Positions 40,406 to 50,807 of a stretch of DNA of 64,000 bases are shown piece by piece. How positions within the stretch are numbered: position 1 is the first letter of the stretch; each line of letters opens with the position of its first letter. The notes beneath the pieces are model-generated. The model did not search any database, was not told where the DNA came from, and was given only the letters and a program-made list of their open reading frames with translations. A program made the position numbers and the translations under genes. Origin of the DNA: Bacteroidia bacterium (GTDB lineage Bacteria; Bacteroidota; Bacteroidia; Bacteroidales; VadinHA17); the NCBI GenBank assembly GCA_026391215.1, contig JAPLDX010000056.1, positions 44,827-108,826 of the forward strand, read 5' to 3'.

Positions 40406-41866
40406 TTAAAGATACATTAATTTATTTTGCCCCGCAACAGGATGAAGGCCATTTACCTTTTCCTTGTTTCCCAGGAGGACTATATTTTCGACATGATGAG
40501 TCTGGGGAAACATATCCACCGGCTGTACACGGTTGACATTGAATTTTTCAGAAAGCAGCAATATGTCACGCGCCTGGGTCGATGGATTACAACTTATATA
40601 AACGATTTTCTGAGGCGCTGCTGTAAGGATTTTTTTCACCACATCCTCATGCATTCCGACCCTCGGCGGATCAGTTATTATTACATCCGGATACCCGCAT
40701 TTCTCCATGAACTCTTCAGACAGGATATCTTTTATATCCCCTGCATAGAATTCCGTATTTCTGATATTGTTCATGGATGAATTTGCCATCGCGTCCCTGA
40801 CCACCTCTTCAATATATTCAATACCAATCACTTTACCAGCTTTTGATGCTATGAAATTTGCAATTGTGCCTGTCCCCGTATAAAGGTCATATACAATCTC
40901 CTTCCCGGTCAATCCTGCCATTTCTGATGCAACACTGTATAATTTAAGCGCTTGTCTGGTGTTAGTCTGATAAAACGACTTTGGACCTATTCTGAACTTC
41001 AATCCGTTCATCTCCTCAACAAGATGGTCTTCACCTTTATACAGTACCGGATTCTGATCAGCAAGAGAATCATTCTTCTTTGAATTGATCACATAAAAGA
41101 GAGATCTTATCTGAGGAAATTCTGTCGCCAGGTGATCAAGAAGAGCCTCTCTCCTCTCAGGTTCATCATGGAAAAAAACTACAATGACCATTACCTTACC
41201 GTCCATCGAATTGCGTATGACCAGGTTCCTGAGAAAACCTGACTGCTGGCGGAGATTAAAAAAGCGGTAACAGTTTTTATGAGCAAACTTCCTTACTGCA
41301 TCACGTATAGCGTTTGATGGCTCAGGTTGAAGATGACACTCCCTGATATCCAGCACTTTATCAAATAATCCCGGAATATGAAATCCCAGTGCATCCTCTT
41401 TTTCATAATCATGATCCGAGCTTACCTCCTCCTTTGTCAGCCATCGCTTGTCGGAAAAAGTGTATTCCAGCTTATTCCTGTAATTATACTCTTCCGAAGA
41501 TCCGATAATCGGACTAATTTCCGGCAATTCCACTTTGCCGATACGCGTAAGGTTATCCACAACCTGTTTTTCCTTATAATGCAGCTGAAGATGATACGGG
41601 AGGTGCTGCCATTTGCATCCTCCGCAGACTCCGAAATGTCTGCAGAGTGGTTTTATCCTGTCAGCAGAATAATTATGGAACCGGACAACTCTTCCTTCCA
41701 GGTATTTCTTTCTTTTCCTGACGACTTTGATATCAACAACATCTCCCGGGACCAGCATCGGTACGAACACCACCTGGTTATTTACCCTGGCCAGCGAATT
41801 TCCTTCCGATCCAATATCGGTTATTGTGACTTTCTCAAGCAGGGGCAGCTCTTTCTTCCTTCCCAT
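40406..41866 (-). CDS. rlmD: 23S rRNA (uracil-C5)-methyltransferase RlmD/RumA
   Basis: N-terminal TRAM-like domain, Fe-S Cys cluster CRHFGVCGGCKWQH, SAM motif DLYTGTGTIANF, and catalytic-Cys motif YISCNPSTQARD. Confidence 0.85.
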   Translation of the reverse strand: MGRKKELPLLEKVTITDIGSEGNSLARVNNQVVFVPMLVPGDVVDIKVVRKRKKYLEGRVVRFHNYSADRIKPLCRHFGVCGGCKWQHLPYHLQLHYKEKQVVDNLTRIGKVELPEISPIIGSSEEYNYRNKLEYTFSDKRWLTKEEVSSDHDYEKEDALGFHIPGLFDKVLDIRECHLQPEPSNAIRDAVRKFAHKNCYRFFNLRQQSGFLRNLVIRNSMDGKVMVIVVFFHDEPERREALLDHLATEFPQIRSLFYVINSKKNDSLADQNPVLYKGEDHLVEEMNGLKFRIGPKSFYQTNTRQALKLYSVASEMAGLTGKEIVYDLYTGTGTIANFIASKAGKVIGIEYIEEVVRDAMANSSMNNIRNTEFYAGDIKDILSEEFMEKCGYPDVIITDPPRVGMHEDVVKKILTAAPQKIVYISCNPSTQARDILLLSEKFNVNRVQPVDMFPQTHHVENIVLLGNKEKVNGLHPVAGQNKLMYL

Positions 41867-41896
41867 TTTCGTTTTATTAATCAGATCAGGGAGGAA

Positions 41897-43129
41897 TTAC
41901 TGATCTCTGAGGTTAATAATAAACATAAGCCCCTTAATCATGCATGGTAAGGTTGCATCACCGTGATCCAGTCCTGGAAATGTGACTTTTGTGCACATAT
42001 CCGAAGATGTACCTGCACTGATCATAGCATCATACATTGAGTGCGTTGCAGTCACATTGACGTCAGCATCATCTTCTCCATGAACAAATAATATCGGCTT
42101 ATCCGAATTCCATGCAGCCACACTGTTGCTTATAAGAGATTCACGTACAGATGAGTACGCTGGAGAGGAAGCGAATCCGGAAATAAAATCTGCTTTGAAT
42201 AATTCGGGTATTGATGTTGAAAGCTGGCTATTGATCTGACCTCCGGTAAGTGACCCGGTGTATAAAGTACTCAGCCTGGAAGCATAAGGTTCATTCAGAA
42301 TATCTGAAACAGCATTTGTGAACTGGTCATAGTGAGAATAAGCATTGATTATATAACCCAGATAATATGGCACAGGGTAATATGTTGTATCTGTAAGTCC
42401 CTGAAGCAGTTTATAAATGTCGTAAGGACCTGCACCGCATACGCTGCCACGAAGATCAAAATCATCATTATAATCCAGCTCCAGTGCTTTATGAATAGCC
42501 AATGTAGCCCATCCTCCCTGCGAGTATCCCAGAAGGTAATATTCATTTCTGGTCGTGATTCCCGTATACTCAAGTTCACAGCTTTCATCAAGAGCATAAA
42601 GCATATCAACTACAGACCTGATCGTTGGCTCAGCAATAAGGTAAGGATGAGGTATTTGCTTTGATCTGCCGAATCCGGGATAATCAGGGATGACAACTAT
42701 AAATCCCATGGAAGCTATATACTCAATCAGCTGGTAAGATGGATTAACAACATATTCGCTCGGAGCATACGCATTGAATGTATTTGTCCCGTTTTGGAAG
42801 CTCACCACAGGGTATTCACCCGGGGTTACAGGAACGCAAACCAGGCCCGAGGCTTCAATTTCCTCACCGAAAACTTCCGTTCTGTAGACCATTTTATAGA
42901 CATTTACATCGCTTTCAATGAATTGTTTCATATCCTCCAGCTCCGGATATGCCTGAACACCGCTATTCAGCATATTATTTATCGATGTTGTTGTGTATGT
43001 TACTGCAAGCTCCTTTGAGATAAAATAATCATAATCAGGTCCATCGTCACTCTTCCTGCAGGAGTTAACAATTACTAAAAATGCAGAAGAAAATAGTAAA
43101 AGCTTTAAAATATGCTTATTGGTTTTCAT
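41897..43129 (-). CDS. Alpha/beta-hydrolase (lipase/esterase-like) lipoprotein
   Basis: I place the start at MKTNKHILKLLLFSSAFLVIVNSC (ATG at 43129). Nucleophile elbow GYSQGG. A C-terminal HGEDD...LDHG fits the Asp/His of a catalytic triad. Confidence 0.65.
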   Translation of the reverse strand: MKTNKHILKLLLFSSAFLVIVNSCRKSDDGPDYDYFISKELAVTYTTTSINNMLNSGVQAYPELEDMKQFIESDVNVYKMVYRTEVFGEEIEASGLVCVPVTPGEYPVVSFQNGTNTFNAYAPSEYVVNPSYQLIEYIASMGFIVVIPDYPGFGRSKQIPHPYLIAEPTIRSVVDMLYALDESCELEYTGITTRNEYYLLGYSQGGWATLAIHKALELDYNDDFDLRGSVCGAGPYDIYKLLQGLTDTTYYPVPYYLGYIINAYSHYDQFTNAVSDILNEPYASRLSTLYTGSLTGGQINSQLSTSIPELFKADFISGFASSPAYSSVRESLISNSVAAWNSDKPILFVHGEDDADVNVTATHSMYDAMISAGTSSDMCTKVTFPGLDHGDATLPCMIKGLMFIINLRDQ

Positions 43130-43228
43130 TTTTATATTATTCATCCGGCAGCAAAGATAATTCTTCCCGGTGAACCTTCTGTTCAAAGGGTGGTATACTT
43201 TTTCTATATTTGCGTCAGTTTTAATAAT

Positions 43229-45172
43229 ATGGTTTCGGTTCAGAATCTCACGGTATCATTTGGAAGCTTTGATCTGCTGACTAATATTTCATTCCTTATC
43301 AATGATCAGGATCGAATAGGGCTTGCCGGCAAGAACGGATCAGGAAAATCAACACTCCTCAACGTGATAGCCGGACATCAGAGTCCGACATCTGGAATGG
43401 TTGATATGTCAAAGGATGTGACTATCGGATATCTGCCGCAGCAGATGAAGGTGGATGACACCACTACAGTGATGAATGAGGTTCTTACTTCATTCGCCGA
43501 GATCAGAGGACTTTCCGGAGAGATTGAACAGTGCACCGCCGAAATATCATCAAGGGACGACTACGAATCTGTGGAATACCTTAATCTTTGTGATCATCTT
43601 ACAGTCATTGATGAAAGATTCAGAATGCTGGGGGGGAACAATTACCTGGCCGAGGCAGAAAAGACTCTTGCAGGATTGGGATTTGAGCGCAGTGACTTTG
43701 ACAGGCCTACCCTGGAGATGAGCGGAGGCTGGAGGATGAGGATTGAGCTTGCAAAAGTTCTTCTCAGAAAACCATCCCTGTTTCTGCTTGATGAGCCTAC
43801 AAATCATCTTGATATTGAATCAATTCAATGGCTTGAAACATTTCTTGCAGGTTACCCTGGGGCAGTGGTTCTTGTATCACACGACAGGGCATTCCTGGAC
43901 AATGTCACCGCACGGACGATTGAGATATCCCTTGGCAATATATATGATTACAAAGCATCCTGGTCTAAGTATATTGAGCTAAGAAAAGAAAGAAGGGAAC
44001 AACAGCTGGCTGCATACAGGAATCAGAAAAAGATGATTGAGGATACCGAGAAATTCATTGAGCGTTTCCGTTATAAGGCAACAAAAGCTGTTCAGGTTCA
44101 ATCAAAGATCAAACAGCTGAACAAGGTGGACCGTCTAGAGGTCGATGATGAAGACAACAGTGCAATGAACCTGAGGTTCCCGCCATCTCCCCGTTCGGGG
44201 ACCACAGTGGTCGAAGCAGAAGTCCTTTCCAAAAGCTTCGGCTCTCTTAATGTTCTGAAGAAAATCGATTTCAAGATTCACAGGGGAGAGAAGGTCGCCT
44301 TTGTAGGCAGAAATGGCGAAGGCAAAACGACATTTTCAAAAATAATAATCGGAGAACATGATTATGAAGGCTCCCTGAAGATAGGTCATAATGTCAGCAT
44401 AGGATATTTTGCCCAGAACCAGGACGAGCTGCTTGACGGATCCAGAACAGTTCTCCAGACCATAGATGATGTTGCCAAGGGAGAGATAAGGACAAAGATC
44501 CGTGATATGCTCGGAGCTTTTTTATTCCGTGGTGATGATATTGATAAGAAGGTCAGGGTGCTGTCAGGTGGGGAGAGGTCAAGACTTGCCCTTGTCAGGC
44601 TTCTGCTCGAGCCTCACAATCTCCTTGTGCTTGATGAGCCGACAAATCATCTCGATATGCGGTCAAAAGATATCCTTAAACAAGCACTGATAAAATACGA
44701 TGGCACACTAATTGTGGTTTCGCATGACAGGGATTTTCTGAACGGAATCACAAGCAAAGTTTTCGAGTTCAGAAATAATAAGATAAAGGAAAATACAGGA
44801 AGCATTTATGATTTTCTGCGTAAAAAGAAGATTGACAACCTGAGGGAAATTGAAAGAAAAGATGCCAGGAAGAGTGAGTCCCGGAATGAAGCGACATCAG
44901 TCAATAAACAAAAATACCTGGACAAGAAGGAATATGACCGAAACCTCAGAAAATTGAGAAGAAGACTTGAAGAATCAGAAAAAGAGATTGAAAGGATTGA
45001 AGGTGATATTTCTGAACTCGACAAGATAATGGGCTTGCCTGATAAACCCGCCTCAGAAATGCAGGAATTTTACAGCAGGTACCAGGAGCTTAAGGAGGAG
45101 CATAATGAAGAAATGAACAGGTGGGCACAATATACGCATGAGGTTGAAGTTTTCTTACAAAACAATGGTTGA
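43229..45172 (+). CDS. ABC-F family ATPase (two ABC domains plus C-terminal coiled coil)
   Basis: I place the start at MVSVQNLTVSF (ATG 43229). Walker A motifs GKNGSGKST and GRNGEGKTT, signatures MSGGWRMR and LSGGERSR. No TM domain. Confidence 0.85.
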   Translation: MVSVQNLTVSFGSFDLLTNISFLINDQDRIGLAGKNGSGKSTLLNVIAGHQSPTSGMVDMSKDVTIGYLPQQMKVDDTTTVMNEVLTSFAEIRGLSGEIEQCTAEISSRDDYESVEYLNLCDHLTVIDERFRMLGGNNYLAEAEKTLAGLGFERSDFDRPTLEMSGGWRMRIELAKVLLRKPSLFLLDEPTNHLDIESIQWLETFLAGYPGAVVLVSHDRAFLDNVTARTIEISLGNIYDYKASWSKYIELRKERREQQLAAYRNQKKMIEDTEKFIERFRYKATKAVQVQSKIKQLNKVDRLEVDDEDNSAMNLRFPPSPRSGTTVVEAEVLSKSFGSLNVLKKIDFKIHRGEKVAFVGRNGEGKTTFSKIIIGEHDYEGSLKIGHNVSIGYFAQNQDELLDGSRTVLQTIDDVAKGEIRTKIRDMLGAFLFRGDDIDKKVRVLSGGERSRLALVRLLLEPHNLLVLDEPTNHLDMRSKDILKQALIKYDGTLIVVSHDRDFLNGITSKVFEFRNNKIKENTGSIYDFLRKKKIDNLREIERKDARKSESRNEATSVNKQKYLDKKEYDRNLRKLRRRLEESEKEIERIEGDISELDKIMGLPDKPASEMQEFYSRYQELKEEHNEEMNRWAQYTHEVEVFLQNNG

Positions 45173-45174
45173 AA

Positions 45175-45954
45175 ATGGAACTGCAGCAGCTGGAAAAAGA
45201 ATATGGCGTGCACGTATATGAAACAGGACCGGACGGAAGGGCAAGTCTGTGGTCACTGTTCAATTATATGCAGGATAGTGCTTCAGAGCATGCAGTAAAA
45301 CTGGGATTTGGAAGAGATGATCTCATGAAAAAGAACCATTTCTGGGTCCTTTCAAGGATGTTCGCGGTTTTTCACGAACTGCCTTTCTGGAACGATACCA
45401 TTATTGTAAAAACATGGCCGTGCGGTACCGACAAGTTTTTCGCAATGAGAAATTATGAGATTAAATTCCCTGGTGGCAGGGATATTGCTTACGGTTCATC
45501 ATCATGGCTCATAATCGACCGCACAACTAAGAAAATTCAGAGACCTGACGATACGCTTACACGATATAATTCAGAATATCAATTAATTAAGCCACCTTTA
45601 AGAAGCGCAGTAAAACTTGCTGGAGCATCTAAAAATGGTAGCGTGACAGTAGCCTCAAAAGTAAAGATCAGCGATCTCGATATAAACCTTCATACGAATA
45701 ATGCAAATTATTTCAAATGGGTTACAGACAGCTATGACCTGAATTTCATTCTGACCCATTCACCGCAATCGGCAGAAATAAATTATCTTGCCGAGTCAAT
45801 GCATGATGAAGATTTCATTATCAGAACATCAAAAGATGAAGATGACAAAAATATTTTCAACCATTCGGTCTTCAGGATCAGTGACAACAGGGAACTGTGC
45901 AGGTTAAGGATTGAATGGATGGAAGAGAGCAAGAAAAATGAAAATCTGATATGA
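45175..45954 (+). CDS. Acyl-ACP thioesterase-family (hotdog fold) protein
   Basis: About 259 aa from the ATG at 45175 (the track start at 45169 is a TTG). The N-terminus HVYETGPDGRASLWSLFNYMQDSASEHA and the double-hotdog length match acyl-ACP thioesterases as I recall them. Confidence 0.7.
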   Translation: MELQQLEKEYGVHVYETGPDGRASLWSLFNYMQDSASEHAVKLGFGRDDLMKKNHFWVLSRMFAVFHELPFWNDTIIVKTWPCGTDKFFAMRNYEIKFPGGRDIAYGSSSWLIIDRTTKKIQRPDDTLTRYNSEYQLIKPPLRSAVKLAGASKNGSVTVASKVKISDLDINLHTNNANYFKWVTDSYDLNFILTHSPQSAEINYLAESMHDEDFIIRTSKDEDDKNIFNHSVFRISDNRELCRLRIEWMEESKKNENLI

Positions 45955-47297
45955 ACCCTGACAGAGTATATTTCCGGAGGATCATGCGTCTGATACCGGC
46001 ACTTTTCATGCTGCCTGCAATATTTATATCATGCTCAACCGTAAGACAGGCCGCCGTTGATTCCAAGGATCTTTCTTACCTGTATAATCCTACAAAAAGT
46101 TCACTGAATCCGCGTTACAGTGTAACAAATGAATCCGAAAATGAAACCAGGCTGGCTGTAAAGTTCTTTGGTCACGAGCTCTATTTTTCAGAAGCAAATC
46201 CTCAAGGTGTTCCGATGGCTTCATTGCTTATTACAGTGAAGCTTTTCAGAACTACCCCGCAAAGGATGCTTGCTGACACTGCTGTTTATAATCTGAGCAT
46301 TCTCAAGGAGGAGAACAGGCAGGAATATACTTACAGGATCCCCCTTAAAGTACAGCAGGGAGAAGAATACCTGGCCGAGGTGAAAATCCTTGACAAGGTC
46401 AGGCTACAGGTGATCCAGTCATTTATCAATTTCAATACTCTGTCAATTTTCAACAGGTACAATTTCAGGGAACGGGGACATTTCGGGAAAAATGAAATAT
46501 TCAATCCTGTCCTCAGGGTTAATGAGTATGTCAACCTGGTTTACCTCAGGGGATACATTGATTCATTGTATATTTCCTATTATAAACCATATAGTGACAT
46601 CCCGTATCCCCCATCGATGCTGCTTCCTGAAAAAACAATTGATTACGGACCTGATACCACAATAGCTATCCCTTACTCAGATACGATTCCAATGATGTTC
46701 CCGCGGCAAGGCATTTATCTGATTAGCACCGGAAGGGACATAAATGAAGGATTTACCTTCCTGAACCTGGGATCAACTTTCCCTTCAATGACCACACCGG
46801 ATGTGATGATGGGACCCCTTGCTTATCTTATCAGCGAAAATGAGCTTAATGCCTTACGGGATGCACCCCGGCCTAAAGTTGCTTTAGATGAATTCTGGAT
46901 CAAATGCGGCGGTAATGTTGATAAAGCGCGCGAACTTATACGTATCTATTACACACGGGTTCTTTATTCCAATCAGTATTTCACATCGTATACGGAGGGG
47001 TGGCGCACCGACAGGGGCATGATTTATATTATTTATGGACCACCTGATAAGGTTTATAAATCCACAGAAGGTGAAAGCTGGGGTTACCGTAAGCCGGTAA
47101 TAAAATCCTCCTGGGGGACCAGGTACAGGGTTAAGGATGAGTATCTCTTTTTCAATTTCAAGAAGAAGCAAAATATTTTTACTGATAACGAATACTATTT
47201 AAGCAGGAGTGAAACTCTTGTCACTTTATGGGAACAGGCCATAGCCAGCTGGAAGAAAGGTATTGTTTTCCGTCTTGATAATCCTGAGGAATTTTAA
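45951..47297 (+). CDS. GWxTD domain-containing protein
   Basis: C-terminal GWRTDRGMIYIIYGPPD is the GWxTD motif. Signal and lipobox-like FISCS. ATGA overlap with the upstream gene. Confidence 0.8.
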   Translation: MNPDRVYFRRIMRLIPALFMLPAIFISCSTVRQAAVDSKDLSYLYNPTKSSLNPRYSVTNESENETRLAVKFFGHELYFSEANPQGVPMASLLITVKLFRTTPQRMLADTAVYNLSILKEENRQEYTYRIPLKVQQGEEYLAEVKILDKVRLQVIQSFINFNTLSIFNRYNFRERGHFGKNEIFNPVLRVNEYVNLVYLRGYIDSLYISYYKPYSDIPYPPSMLLPEKTIDYGPDTTIAIPYSDTIPMMFPRQGIYLISTGRDINEGFTFLNLGSTFPSMTTPDVMMGPLAYLISENELNALRDAPRPKVALDEFWIKCGGNVDKARELIRIYYTRVLYSNQYFTSYTEGWRTDRGMIYIIYGPPDKVYKSTEGESWGYRKPVIKSSWGTRYRVKDEYLFFNFKKKQNIFTDNEYYLSRSETLVTLWEQAIASWKKGIVFRLDNPEEF

Positions 47298-47300
47298 AAC

Positions 47301-48041
47301 ATGCTGAAAGAATCAGATTGTATTTTTGGTTTAAGACCTGTCATTGAAGCGATTAAGGCGGGGAAGCAGATCGATCGCCTTCTTATCAGGCAGGGTCTCC
47401 AGGGCTCCCTCTACCATGAGCTGATGACAGAGGTTAAAAAATTTGATATCAACTATCAGATCGTACCGCTCGAAAGAATTGAGCTGGTGACCAGGAAGAA
47501 TCACCAGGGTGTTCTGGCCTGGCTCTCGGTTATTGAATACCAGCATATTGCCAATCTCCTTCCAATGATCTTTGAAAAGGGTGAAGATCCGCTGATAATT
47601 GCTCTCGATGGCGTTTCTGACGTAAGAAATTTCGGAGCGATAGTACGGACGGCAGAATGCCTGGGAGCGCATGCAATAGTCATCCCGGAAAAGGGATCGG
47701 CAAGGATTACAGCTGATGCGGTAAAGACATCTGCAGGAGCTCTTCATACTTTTCCTGTTTGCAGGGAAAGATCCATTGTCAGATCAATAAGTTTCCTTAA
47801 AGACTCAGGACTTAAGATAATATGCGGCGCGGAGAAATCAGGGGAAACGGCTTCAGAAACAGATCTGAAAGGACCAATGGTGCTGATAATGGGCTCCGAG
47901 GATAAAGGAATAAGCCGTGAGCTGACTGCCCTGGCAGATCAGACAATAAAAATTCCGATGAAAGGGACCATTAGTTCACTTAATGTTTCAGTTGCTGCCG
48001 GTATCCTTCTTTATGAGATACTAAGGCAACGAAATACCTGA
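47301..48041 (+). CDS. rlmB: SpoU/TrmH-family 23S rRNA 2'-O-ribose methyltransferase (RlmB-like)
   Basis: 246 aa. N-terminal substrate-binding region, LIMGSEDKGIS and SLNVSVAAGILLYE SPOUT motifs. Confidence 0.8.
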   Translation: MLKESDCIFGLRPVIEAIKAGKQIDRLLIRQGLQGSLYHELMTEVKKFDINYQIVPLERIELVTRKNHQGVLAWLSVIEYQHIANLLPMIFEKGEDPLIIALDGVSDVRNFGAIVRTAECLGAHAIVIPEKGSARITADAVKTSAGALHTFPVCRERSIVRSISFLKDSGLKIICGAEKSGETASETDLKGPMVLIMGSEDKGISRELTALADQTIKIPMKGTISSLNVSVAAGILLYEILRQRNT

Positions 48042-48042
48042 A

Positions 48043-49260
48043 TCAGGAAATAATACCCATTATCCTTTCATCAAGCATCTTCTGATCTGAAGTGAAAGAT
48101 GCAAGTCCTGCAAGAGTCAGTAAGGTATCAGGTGCAACCCTGTCTTCCTTAATCATTTTTTCCCATCTCGAATATTTAGGGATCTTGCCATCTGAGGCAA
48201 GAAATGACTTTTCCTCCTTGTTCAATAACGGGAACATATCTTCGCAACCCTCCTCATGTGCAATCCGGATCAGTTCAGGTCCGGTTGCCGGTACCTTTGA
48301 GGCAAGCCTTTCTGCAAGGTTCAGAACTTTGTCATCAACAATCCAGAATTTGTCCAGATGTGCTCCCTTTCCGGAAACCGACATATCAATTTTATAATTC
48401 TTATGCATTCGTGAGGCGAATTTACCTGTCAGTGATTTATGACCTGCTGATGCCACTTTTGGCGGCATGGTGAAAACATCCGTTCCTGCGAGCATATCAA
48501 GCTGGTTGTAGTTCCGCAAACTGGCAGCAATCAGCTTTGTTTGCCATGGATTTTTTGCCGAAAGTCCGGTAACCCAATTCTGTGAGGCAATAACCGCCAT
48601 TTCTCCTGCTCCTGAACCATCACCAAGCTTGTTATCGCTGATAAATGCACCGATTCTCCCCAGAAAAACATTAACATAATCGGGACGGGCAACTCTGGTA
48701 ACAAGAACATCTTGTCTTGCGCTGAAATCAAGTGTGAAGTTAATCCTGACGCCGGCATCCTTCAGCCGTCGCGCACCAATCAGGCCTTCAGCTGTATAGG
48801 GGACCTTTACAATGAATTGTTCCGGACAGATCTCATGAAGTCTCTTCCCGTAGTATTCAATTGCCTTGATATCATGTGCAGTATCAGTATGCAGTTCCAC
48901 GCTTACCATCCCTCCAAATCTTGAGGCGAGCCTTAGTCCATGGCGGGCATTCAGAATGAATGCAATCTCTTTTACTTTTTCTTCAACAGGCAGCTCCCTT
49001 ACCAGACTTTTTGCTTCGAAGATAAAAACATCATAGATCCCTTTTTGTATCTCATTGTTAAGCAGACTGTTATTTGTTGTCAGGGCACTCATTTCAGCTG
49101 TCCAGTTTGCCTCAGCCTCCTCCATATCGCCGGTGTCAAGCCAGAGTTCTGTTCCAGCATTTCTGAGTGATTCCCAGAACCTGTCAGGTTTGCCTGTAAC
49201 ATGTTTTTCGTTCAGATTTTTCCAGAGGAAATCGCTTATTCTTGTATTGAGATCTGCCAT
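48043..49260 (-). CDS. Transaldolase-family protein (long form)
   Basis: ELWLDTGD and FIVKVPYTAEG...NFTLDFSARQ resemble the transaldolase Lys-containing active-site strands. At 405 aa it is longer than classic Tal. Confidence 0.65.
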   Translation of the reverse strand: MADLNTRISDFLWKNLNEKHVTGKPDRFWESLRNAGTELWLDTGDMEEAEANWTAEMSALTTNNSLLNNEIQKGIYDVFIFEAKSLVRELPVEEKVKEIAFILNARHGLRLASRFGGMVSVELHTDTAHDIKAIEYYGKRLHEICPEQFIVKVPYTAEGLIGARRLKDAGVRINFTLDFSARQDVLVTRVARPDYVNVFLGRIGAFISDNKLGDGSGAGEMAVIASQNWVTGLSAKNPWQTKLIAASLRNYNQLDMLAGTDVFTMPPKVASAGHKSLTGKFASRMHKNYKIDMSVSGKGAHLDKFWIVDDKVLNLAERLASKVPATGPELIRIAHEEGCEDMFPLLNKEEKSFLASDGKIPKYSRWEKMIKEDRVAPDTLLTLAGLASFTSDQKMLDERIMGIIS

Positions 49261-49314
49261 ATATTATGTTTTAATTAGTATCATTTATCGTGCAAAATAA
49301 ATTCAAAATCGCTT

Positions 49315-49402
49315 GAAAATCAATTTATTTACCCCAGCCCCAAGGGGCGTAAATTGATTTTCTTCGCTCCCCTATGGGGTCGGGGTCAACGAAGAAAATC
49401 AA
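49315..49402. promoter_or_regulatory. Two mutually exclusive perfect 13-bp hairpins in a divergent intergenic region
   Basis: 49315-49327 pairs with 49350-49362, and 49354-49366 pairs with 49390-49402. The 9 nt at 49354-49362 are shared. Each loop contains its own small GC hairpin. Confidence 0.4.
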
Positions 49403-49529
49403 AGAAGCTATATTATCTTTCCTGATCATTTTTTTGTTTTAAAACAATTTGTCGCAAAAGTATACAAATTATTGATCCGTTCATTGATAAATGTTAGCTT
49501 TACACTTCTGAAACCTAAATCCTTCTGCC

Positions 49530-50807
49530 ATGAGAACTTTCATTGTTTTGTTTTTTTCTTTGTTATCAGCCTTGCTGATAGGACAACAGATAAACTTTAA
49601 CGATTATTTTACAGATAAAGTCCTGCGCTTTGACTTCATGCTGGCAGGCAATAGTGAAAAAACGGCTGTATATCCCGTCGGGATGAAGGAAGAACCCTTC
49701 TTCGGAGGATCAAAGACGCAGCTGAGAGATCCATTTGGCTACGGGAACTTCAAATATGAGCTTTATGATGCAGAAAAAAATATTGTCATTTATTCCCGTG
49801 GTTTTTGCTCACTTTACCAGGAGTGGCAGACAACCGCTGAAGCAAAGAGAATGGAAAGAAGCTTTTACGAGGTGGCAACAATGCCCTTCCCAAAAGGCAA
49901 ATCAGTTTTTGTCCTCAGCATCCGGCAGCGAAACGGGACCTTTTCGAAGCTGTACGAAACAGAAATTGATCCTTCAGATTATTTCATAAGGAAGGAAAAA
50001 CCTGTAAATGCCGCATTTACAGAGATATATACAGGAGGAGATCCGGCCACCTCTGTTGACCTGGCATTTATAGCTGAAGGTTACAAAGCAGAAGAAATGG
50101 CTAAATTCAGGAATGACGTAAAAAAGATGGCCGACTCTCTCTTTACTGAACCTGCCTTCAGTAAATACAGGGATAAGTTCAATATATGGGCTGTGGAGGC
50201 TGTATCGGATGATTCCGGGACTGATATACCGGGAGAGAAAAGTTATGTAAGCACTGCGCTTAATTCAAGTTTTTATACATTTGATATCGATCGCTATCTA
50301 ACAACGCAGGACATCAAATCAGTTAACGATTATGCTGCTGTTGTGCCTCATGACAACATTATTGTGCTTATTAACAGTTCAAAATACGGAGGCGGCGGTG
50401 TTTATAACTACTACAGCGGCACCACAGTTGACCATCCGTTGTCGCCTGTTGTCTTTGTTCATGAATTTGGTCACGGATTCGCGGGACTGGCAGATGAATA
50501 TTATTCATCAGAGGTGGCTTACGAAGAGTTTTATCCTCTTAATGTCGAACCATGGGAACCCAATATTACGACAATGGTTGATTTTGAAGCTAAATGGAAA
50601 AAGATGATTCCCAAAGATATACCAACCCCTACTCCTCCTGAGGACAAATTCAGCAATGTCACCGGGTTGTTTGAAGGAGGCGGCTATTCAGCTAAAGGCA
50701 TTTATCGCCCTGAGATGGATTGCAGGATGAAAAGTAACTCTCCTAAAGGATACTGTTCAGTTTGCCGCGAAGCGACAAAAGAAATGATTGAATTCTATAT
50801 CAAATAA
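49530..50807 (+). CDS. M64-family (IgA-peptidase-like) zinc metallopeptidase
   Basis: 425 aa with signal peptide. HEFGHGFAGLADEY zinc motif at the position expected for peptidase M64. Confidence 0.8.
   Translation: MRTFIVLFFSLLSALLIGQQINFNDYFTDKVLRFDFMLAGNSEKTAVYPVGMKEEPFFGGSKTQLRDPFGYGNFKYELYDAEKNIVIYSRGFCSLYQEWQTTAEAKRMERSFYEVATMPFPKGKSVFVLSIRQRNGTFSKLYETEIDPSDYFIRKEKPVNAAFTEIYTGGDPATSVDLAFIAEGYKAEEMAKFRNDVKKMADSLFTEPAFSKYRDKFNIWAVEAVSDDSGTDIPGEKSYVSTALNSSFYTFDIDRYLTTQDIKSVNDYAAVVPHDNIIVLINSSKYGGGGVYNYYSGTTVDHPLSPVVFVHEFGHGFAGLADEYYSSEVAYEEFYPLNVEPWEPNITTMVDFEAKWKKMIPKDIPTPTPPEDKFSNVTGLFEGGGYSAKGIYRPEMDCRMKSNSPKGYCSVCREATKEMIEFYIK

Noticed and set aside
43112-43228. Track start for the ABC-F ORF at 43112, and the long 43186 start of the divergent hydrolase ORF
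   Set aside because: The two extensions overlap each other head-to-head. The internal starts (43229, MVSVQNLTV...; 43129, MKTNKHIL... with signal and lipobox) give the expected N-termini.
45169-45174. TTG start given by the track for the thioesterase gene
   Set aside because: An ATG two codons downstream (45175) sits 3 nt after the ABC-F stop and is the more conventional start. The difference is only 2 aa.
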